A stretch of 64,000 nucleotides of DNA from the IMG/VR virus record IMGVR_UViG_3300042862_000066, positions 55,398 to 119,397 of that record, one strand, 5' to 3'. The DNA comes from a virus. Shown in pieces: positions 58,093-64,000 of this stretch. Under the pieces are notes generated by a model, which ran no database searches, was not told where the DNA came from, and saw only the letters and a program-made list of their open reading frames with translations. Numbering within the stretch: position 1 is the first letter of the stretch; every line of letters begins with the position of its first letter. The translations under genes were made by a program, and so were the position numbers.

Positions 58093-58303
58093 AAGAGATT
58101 AGTAAGTTCGAAAGGATTATATTTAAGACTATGCTCGGTCTAGGACTATCTGTTATTTGTTGGTTACTTATCGACACGTTTCTAACAGATATTTCCTATG
58201 CTTGTTCATTAGTTTTAGGACTTATATTTTTTATTTCGATAAGAATTTATAACTTTACTGTCCGAAAAGCCTTAGGGTCTATTAGGGCTTAATTACCAAT
58301 TAC

Positions 58304-59296
58304 ATGTCAGAAATCGCTAAGCCCTGGAAGGGGCAGAAAGATGGCTTTGTCCAAGCTCTACATTATATGAAGGGTAGGAAGGAAGGTGTTATAAAAAGCA
58401 TCAAGACTCCCTGGGATAAGTTTAATGATGCGGGTACTGACGGTATAGAATGGAACACATTAACAGTGATCGCAGGTAGGTCAGGCGCAGGTAAAACTCT
58501 GGTTAAAGACAATATCATTAACAGTGCATTCGTCCTGAATAAGGGGGAAAACTTTAGAGTTTTAGAATTTCAATTCGAAATGATTGGCCGTGTTACCGCC
58601 TTAAGAGAATTCTCTAGTGTCGTTGGTAAGTCGTACAAATATCTGTGTAGCGCTAATGGGCAGTTAGCCGATGCAGATTTACAAGCATGCTATGATTATG
58701 CAAAACAGAGAGTAGGATATCCTATAGATGTTGTCGAGAAACCGAGAACAGTATTGGAGATGAGGTCTATTATCGATATGTATATGGAAGAACACATGAA
58801 CCGTGAGGGGGAGTTTCCTACATATACTAATACGATTGTAACACTTGATCACTCCTATCTTGTTAAGCTGGCACCGTTTGAGAAAGATAAACATGAGATG
58901 CTCTACAACTTAGCAGAGATGCTTACCGAGCTAAAGAGAAAGTATCCTGTTTCCTTTATCATACTAAGTCAACTTAATAGAAACATCGATAGCCAAGAAA
59001 GAAATGAAGATGGTAGAGCTGGAAACTACATCCTTACTTCAGATCTGATGGGCGCCGATGCATTATTGCAGCATTCGGATATACTTGTTGGTCTTAACAG
59101 ACCGGGATATTTTAAGGTTCGCTACTATGGTCCCGACAGGTATATTATTAATGATGAAAACATTATGGTAATGCACTTCCTTAAATGTAGGAATGGTGAT
59201 ACTAGGATGAGTTTCTTTAAATGCGAATTCGAAAAGATGAGGGTAGTAGAAATACCTGCTCCTCCTACACAAGAAAAACGAATTAATACAAGGTAA
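58304..59296 (+). CDS. dnaB: DnaB-like replicative helicase (C-terminal ATPase domain)
   Basis: IAGRSGAGKT, FQFEM, LDH, LSQLNR, SDLMGADALLQHSD, LKCRNG. Confidence 0.9.
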   Translation: MSEIAKPWKGQKDGFVQALHYMKGRKEGVIKSIKTPWDKFNDAGTDGIEWNTLTVIAGRSGAGKTLVKDNIINSAFVLNKGENFRVLEFQFEMIGRVTALREFSSVVGKSYKYLCSANGQLADADLQACYDYAKQRVGYPIDVVEKPRTVLEMRSIIDMYMEEHMNREGEFPTYTNTIVTLDHSYLVKLAPFEKDKHEMLYNLAEMLTELKRKYPVSFIILSQLNRNIDSQERNEDGRAGNYILTSDLMGADALLQHSDILVGLNRPGYFKVRYYGPDRYIINDENIMVMHFLKCRNGDTRMSFFKCEFEKMRVVEIPAPPTQEKRINTR

Positions 59297-59299
59297 AAA

Positions 59300-59842
59300 A
59301 TGGCTATTAAAACCACAGAAAAGTTAGACAGAAGAGCTCGTACTAAAGAGCTCCGAGAATTTCACCAAGAAGTTTTTGAAAAGTTAGGTATACCTGATGC
59401 GGTATATGTTCCTACGTTAGCCTACAAACCGATTGGTAAAGACAGCAAGCACATTGCTTTATTTCCAAGTCAGTTAAAGATGAAACAAGATCTTTATTTA
59501 GAGTTCGTAAGTCGTGAGATGGAATGCGAAGATGCAAACAGAACTCTTTATAAGTGGAAGTATAATCCTTTCTTTGCAGATGAATACGAGTCAATCGAAA
59601 GTGAGCTCGAAGGAATCAGCGAAAGATATCTAGTACCTGTTGCTGAATTAAGTAAGGTAGAGATTGCAGTAGAGGAAACTTCTAAGATGAAGCAGTTTCT
59701 TTTATCTTTTGATGGCTTCGATGACATAATGGATCCTGATCAGGATGCACCATTAGATCAGATGACTATTAGAGATTTAGCCGCTATCATGTTGAAGCAA
59801 CCTGTTAGCAAGAAGAAATGGTTAAACGATTTAATAAAGTAA
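59300..59842 (+). CDS. Hypothetical replication-module protein
   Basis: 180 aa; MTIRDLAAI..KQPVSKKKWLN. Confidence 0.5.
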   Translation: MAIKTTEKLDRRARTKELREFHQEVFEKLGIPDAVYVPTLAYKPIGKDSKHIALFPSQLKMKQDLYLEFVSREMECEDANRTLYKWKYNPFFADEYESIESELEGISERYLVPVAELSKVEIAVEETSKMKQFLLSFDGFDDIMDPDQDAPLDQMTIRDLAAIMLKQPVSKKKWLNDLIK

Positions 59843-59843
59843 C

Positions 59844-60584
59844 ATGGAAATTAAGTTGCCTACAAGTAAGGTTCCTGCGACTAGTAAAAGTCCTAAGAAC
59901 CTGGTTATTTTTAGTAAACCAAAGGCCGGTAAAACAACCGTGCTTTCACAGTTAGAAAACTGTTTGATCTTAGATCTTGAAAGCGGTAGCGATTACGTTG
60001 CTGCTATTAAGATGAAGGCAACATCTTTTGACGAAATAAAAGCAATTGGTAAAGCAATCAAAGATGCAGGGAATCCATACGATTATATCGCTATTGATAC
60101 TATTACAGCATTAGAAGATATGTGTTTACCTTATGCTGAAGAACTTTACACACGGACTCCGATGGGTAAAAGTTGGCCAACCGAAGGGAAGGCTAAATAT
60201 GGTAGCATTCTTAACCTACCAAATGGTGCAGGATATCCCTGGTTAAGGGAGGCATTCGTAAAAGTTATTGATTACATCAAGACTTGGGCACCGAGAACTA
60301 TACTTGTAGGTCACGTTAAGGATACTCTACTGGAGAAGAATGGATCGAACTTTAATTCGCTAGACTTAGCGTTGACAGGTAAGCTTAAACTAATTACAAC
60401 ATCTAATTCAGATGCGATTGGTTATCTATTCCGTAGAGGTAGTAAGAACATACTAAGTTTTAAAACCACTGATGAGATATCATGTGGCGCAAGACCTGAG
60501 CATTTACGTAATCAAGAGATTGAACTCTCTGATCTTGTTGATAATCAGGTAGTAGTAAACTGGGATAAAATATTCATAGATTAA
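59844..60584 (+). CDS. AAA_24 / Sak4-like P-loop ATPase
   Basis: FSKPKAGKTT, LILDLE.G, IAIDTIT, LVGHVK. Confidence 0.75.
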   Translation: MEIKLPTSKVPATSKSPKNLVIFSKPKAGKTTVLSQLENCLILDLESGSDYVAAIKMKATSFDEIKAIGKAIKDAGNPYDYIAIDTITALEDMCLPYAEELYTRTPMGKSWPTEGKAKYGSILNLPNGAGYPWLREAFVKVIDYIKTWAPRTILVGHVKDTLLEKNGSNFNSLDLALTGKLKLITTSNSDAIGYLFRRGSKNILSFKTTDEISCGARPEHLRNQEIELSDLVDNQVVVNWDKIFID

Positions 60585-60594
60585 TAATTAAAAA

Positions 60595-61287
60595 ATGATT
60601 AGTACAAAAAACATCGACTCGGGCAGCGGCGGAAGCTCTGTTCCAAAAACATTGGCGCCGGGCGTCCATACGTTTAAGATTAACAGTATCGTCTTAGACG
60701 AGGTACCTTACAAGAAAGGTGCTTATAATATGAACCTTAACGTAGAAGGTCCTGATATGGGAGAGGATTTCGAAGGTTTCTTTATCGACAAGGATGATCC
60801 TACACAGGGTCGTTACAAAGGTCAGGTAGGTCGCGTTCGTTTCTCAGAATTCCCTTATGCTGATGGCGAAACTAAATCAGGTATTATTATTAAACGTGAT
60901 GATGAGATCCTGAAAGCTGTTAACAATATCTGTAAGGCTTTGAGCATGCAGTCTTGGTTAGAAAGCCAAGATAATAAACATGATACTATTCAGTCTCTAG
61001 TAAGTCAGCTTAATGCTGATAAGCCGTTTACTGGTAAGTATTTACGCGCTTGTGTAGCAGGCCGTGAATATCAAAACAAGCAAGGTTATACTAACCATGA
61101 TTTGTATTTACCAAAGTGGTCTAAGGAAGGTCTAGCTTACGAGTCAGCAGATGTTGAAGAAGCGTTGAGCAAGGTAGTTAAGTTTAACAATGATGTTCAC
61201 ATCAAGAAGAGCAAGACTGATACGGTTCAATCGTTTGGAGATGCAACTCCTACTACAAGTAATGTAGCAGGCGACTTCGAATTATAA
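60595..61287 (+). CDS. Putative single-stranded DNA-binding protein
   Basis: Follows the Sak4-like ATPase; beta-rich; acidic-aromatic C-terminal tail GDFEL; terminator at ~61299-61330. Confidence 0.5.
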   Translation: MISTKNIDSGSGGSSVPKTLAPGVHTFKINSIVLDEVPYKKGAYNMNLNVEGPDMGEDFEGFFIDKDDPTQGRYKGQVGRVRFSEFPYADGETKSGIIIKRDDEILKAVNNICKALSMQSWLESQDNKHDTIQSLVSQLNADKPFTGKYLRACVAGREYQNKQGYTNHDLYLPKWSKEGLAYESADVEEALSKVVKFNNDVHIKKSKTDTVQSFGDATPTTSNVAGDFEL

Positions 61288-61336
61288 ATAAAATTACCAA
61301 GGGGGAGTAGAAATATTCCCCCTTAATTTTACTGTT

Positions 61337-62314
61337 ATGATTAGTACTAGATTTTTGATATCCGACATAGCGGATGTACCTGCAGTATGGGCATTCGAGT
61401 TTTATTGTAGATTAGAGGAGAAGTTAACTGGTCAAACTGTAAAGATTAAATCTTTGTTCAATCCTGAAGAACGTACTCCGAGTTTCTGTATTTATTATAA
61501 TGATTCCGGTTATCGATATAAAGATTTTTCTACTGGTAACGGTGGTAATCATGTGAGCTTAGTATCTAAGATGTTTAATCTAGAATACTACGAGTCCATA
61601 AGAAAGATAACCGAAGACTATAATGAATTCCTACTGAAGAACGACGGAGAATATTCCGTAAGTGCATTTAAGAAACAGGCATCCTATAAAGTATCTGATT
61701 ACTCTGCTAGACAGTGGACTAATTTAGACGCCGAGTTCTGGTCAAGGTATGGAATAGATTCTGATACCCTTACAGAATACAATGTAGTTCCATTAGAATT
61801 CTACAAGATGGAGAAAGATGATGAAGGACTGGTAGATGAGCTGACTATTAAAGGTCACTATATATATGGTTATACAAGGTCAGATGGACAGATCTATAAA
61901 GTCTATCAGCCTAAAGTAAAGGAGCATAAGTTTTTAAAAGTAAAGAATTATGTACAGGGTACTGACCAATTAACATTTGACGTACCTAATCTTGTTATCT
62001 GTAGTTCTCTTAAGGATGCAATGTGTCTCAAGAAGTTTGGATACAACCTGGAAGTTGTGGCACCAGACAGTGAGAATACAGCAATCCGTAAAGAGGTAAT
62101 AGACATATACAAGGTTAAGTATAAATCTATATGTACTCTATTTGATAATGATGAAGCCGGTATCAAAGCAATGAAGAAGTATAAGGATAACTTTGGTTTT
62201 CCGGGGATACATCTGAAGCTCGAGAAGGATTTGTCAGACTCTGTTAAAGTATACGGTAGAGAAAAGGTAAGAACATTCTTACACCCCTTATTAAAAGAAG
62301 CATTAAAAAAATAA
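61337..62314 (+). CDS. dnaG: DNA primase (DnaG-like, TOPRIM)
   Basis: SLFNPEERTPSF, YKDFSTG.GG, ICSSLKD, LFDNDEAGIKAM, KDLSD. Confidence 0.85.
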   Translation: MISTRFLISDIADVPAVWAFEFYCRLEEKLTGQTVKIKSLFNPEERTPSFCIYYNDSGYRYKDFSTGNGGNHVSLVSKMFNLEYYESIRKITEDYNEFLLKNDGEYSVSAFKKQASYKVSDYSARQWTNLDAEFWSRYGIDSDTLTEYNVVPLEFYKMEKDDEGLVDELTIKGHYIYGYTRSDGQIYKVYQPKVKEHKFLKVKNYVQGTDQLTFDVPNLVICSSLKDAMCLKKFGYNLEVVAPDSENTAIRKEVIDIYKVKYKSICTLFDNDEAGIKAMKKYKDNFGFPGIHLKLEKDLSDSVKVYGREKVRTFLHPLLKEALKK

Positions 62315-62571
62315 AATTATGGATGAAGAGAATTTAAAATCAGCATATAATATTTTACGGAATTCAACATATGGATCTATGCATGATTCAATACCTACAC
62401 CTACCTATTATAATAATGATTACGAGAAGTTACTTGATCAGATTAGTCCTCTTTGTTTACCAGATCAAGCAGATAAGGTAATAGTTAAAATGCTTGACGT
62501 CATTAAAGGTTATGATGCTGATGAGACTCATCGTCACTTAACTGATTTACTAATGCAAATGGCTAGAAAAC

Positions 62572-62988
62572 ATGTGGGTTTATAACTTAAAAGAATTCAC
62601 CGAGGACATGATTCCTGATGGTGCTGTAGGATTTGTATACCAGATGGATGTTATCCTAGATGGTGAACGCAAGTCCTACATAGGCAAGAAGAACTTCTTT
62701 GCGGATGTTAAGACAAAGCTTTCTAAGAAGGCTATGCCCACTGACAAACGCCTGAAGTCCTACAAGCGTGTAAGAAAAATTGTATATCAAAATTACTATA
62801 GTAGTAATGAGAAACTTAAGGCAGCTCATAAGGCAGGAGTAATAATCAAAAGGACTATCCTAAAGATATGTTACTCTAAGACAGAGCTCTCTTATCAAGA
62901 AGTTAAATACCAATTTATGTGCGAAGTACTGGAGAAAGACATCTGGTTAAACGCAAACATACTTGGTAGGTTCTATAAACAAAAGTAA
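62572..62988 (+). CDS. GIY-YIG-like nuclease
   Basis: GFVYQM...SYIGKK...YYSSN...E...NANILG. Confidence 0.7.
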   Translation: MWVYNLKEFTEDMIPDGAVGFVYQMDVILDGERKSYIGKKNFFADVKTKLSKKAMPTDKRLKSYKRVRKIVYQNYYSSNEKLKAAHKAGVIIKRTILKICYSKTELSYQEVKYQFMCEVLEKDIWLNANILGRFYKQK

Positions 62989-63349
62989 TATGGCAAGCTT
63001 AAAGACAGCAACCTTATTTGCAGCATTGAAAGATGCTGGTGTAACACATGTAGAAATTAGATATGATGGCGGAGGAGACTCTGGCCAGGTGGAAGATGTA
63101 GACTTTTATGGAGAAAATTTAGATACAGCTGTTCTTACTGATATGTATGAGGGGGATATGCAAGACCTAGCTTATCATATACTTGAGGAGCATTATCAGT
63201 ATGACTGGTATAACAATGATGGTGGTTATGGAACCATTGACATTGACTTTGAAGAGGAACCTCCTACTATAAATATCAATGGTTATGTAAGAAATCTTAC
63301 TGATGCTTATGGTTCAGTTGACCTCACAGATATTAAGTGGAAAGAGTAA
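62989..63349 (+). CDS. DUF6878-like protein
   Basis: VEIRYDGGGDSGQVE...DWYNNDGGYG; probable start MASLK (start coordinate approximate). Confidence 0.65.
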
Positions 63350-63390
63350 TGGCGCATCCATATGATCATTAATAATTAAAACTAAAAACT

Positions 63391-63645
63391 ATGAGTAAAT
63401 TACTAATCACTAAGACAGAACTCCTTCATGATAAGGAGTATGACTTTATGGAGCAGCAAGATAAAAGCCTTGCTGATGTATGTATAAAGTACGATGAGAT
63501 AGTAGCAGTTAGGCAAAATGCAGATGAGGCTGACATTATTAACCCTGATATGTGTGTTGTCTATCTAAAAAGTGGAGAGCTATTCTTCATCTTCACACCC
63601 TATGAAGAGGTGTTACGTTTTATGAAACAATTAAACCAAGATTAA
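63391..63645 (+). CDS. Hypothetical protein, paralog of 52637..52888
   Basis: Shared C-terminal motif. Confidence 0.6.
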   Translation: MSKLLITKTELLHDKEYDFMEQQDKSLADVCIKYDEIVAVRQNADEADIINPDMCVVYLKSGELFFIFTPYEEVLRFMKQLNQD

Positions 63646-63874
63646 AAGCTATGGAAAAAGAAACATTTGAAGAATTTTTAGAAAGAGAAGGCTACGATGA
63701 AGGTAGAACCCAAGAGATATGGGAAGACGGTGCTAGAAAAGGTGCTGAATGGCAAGCCAAACAAATGTATAGTAAGGAAGAATTAGCAGATTTAATAGAC
63801 GCTACTTTTCAAGGTAGACAAGATGTTGCAGATTTATTTTCTGAATTGTTAGAAAACCTAAAAACTAAATAAAT

Positions 63875-64000
63875 ATGGAAAAGAAACAAACTGCGGTAAC
63901 ACTATTATTTCAAGAATTTAGAGCTTTATCCGAAGTTATGAGAAAAGCAGGTGATGAGAAAAATGCTAACCTAATTGATTGTTTATGTGAAAGAGAGGAG
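63875..64000 (+). CDS. KQTAV-family small protein (partial)
   Basis: MEKKQTAVTLLFQEF..., preceded by AAAACTAAATAAAT as in the 53 kb cassettes. Confidence 0.6.
   Translation, partial: MEKKQTAVTLLFQEFRALSEVMRKAGDEKNANLIDCLCEREE

Noticed and set aside
1-64000. Stop-codon reassignment (TAG/TGA), known in some Crassvirales
   Set aside because: TerL, portal, MCP, helicase and primase are full-length in code 11; TAG and TGA appear as real stops; no suppressor tRNA seen

Overview
This window is a large, apparently intact segment of a lytic crAss-like (Crassvirales-type) bacteriophage genome in the standard genetic code. The host is most likely an aquatic Bacteroidota: TAnnTTTG promoters are frequent and ribosome-binding regions are A-rich without Shine-Dalgarno motifs. 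The minus-strand arm (1-36.5 kb) holds the virion module: a tail stabilization/muzzle-like gene running off the left edge, ring proteins, IHF-like proteins, a cysteine-rich BNR/vWA/FN3 appendage cluster, ferritin, small basic proteins, major capsid, scaffold, portal, terminase, fibre paralogs and a GroES-like gene. A ~0.9 kb non-coding divergence zone rich in G/C hairpins follows. The plus-strand arm (37.4-64 kb) holds early, host-takeover and replication genes (UDG, SF2 helicase, DnaB, AAA ATPase, SSB-like, primase, GIY-YIG, ClpS). The best candidate for an undescribed system is at 40977-42733. Three end-paired structured RNA elements, two sharing an AG(A/T)AT..CAGCAC..ATTCTG core, lie directly upstream of a TROVE/Ro60-like vWA (DUF2828-type) gene, suggesting a phage Ro60-like/Y-like RNA module. 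Family assignments come from motif recognition and memory only; no searches were run.
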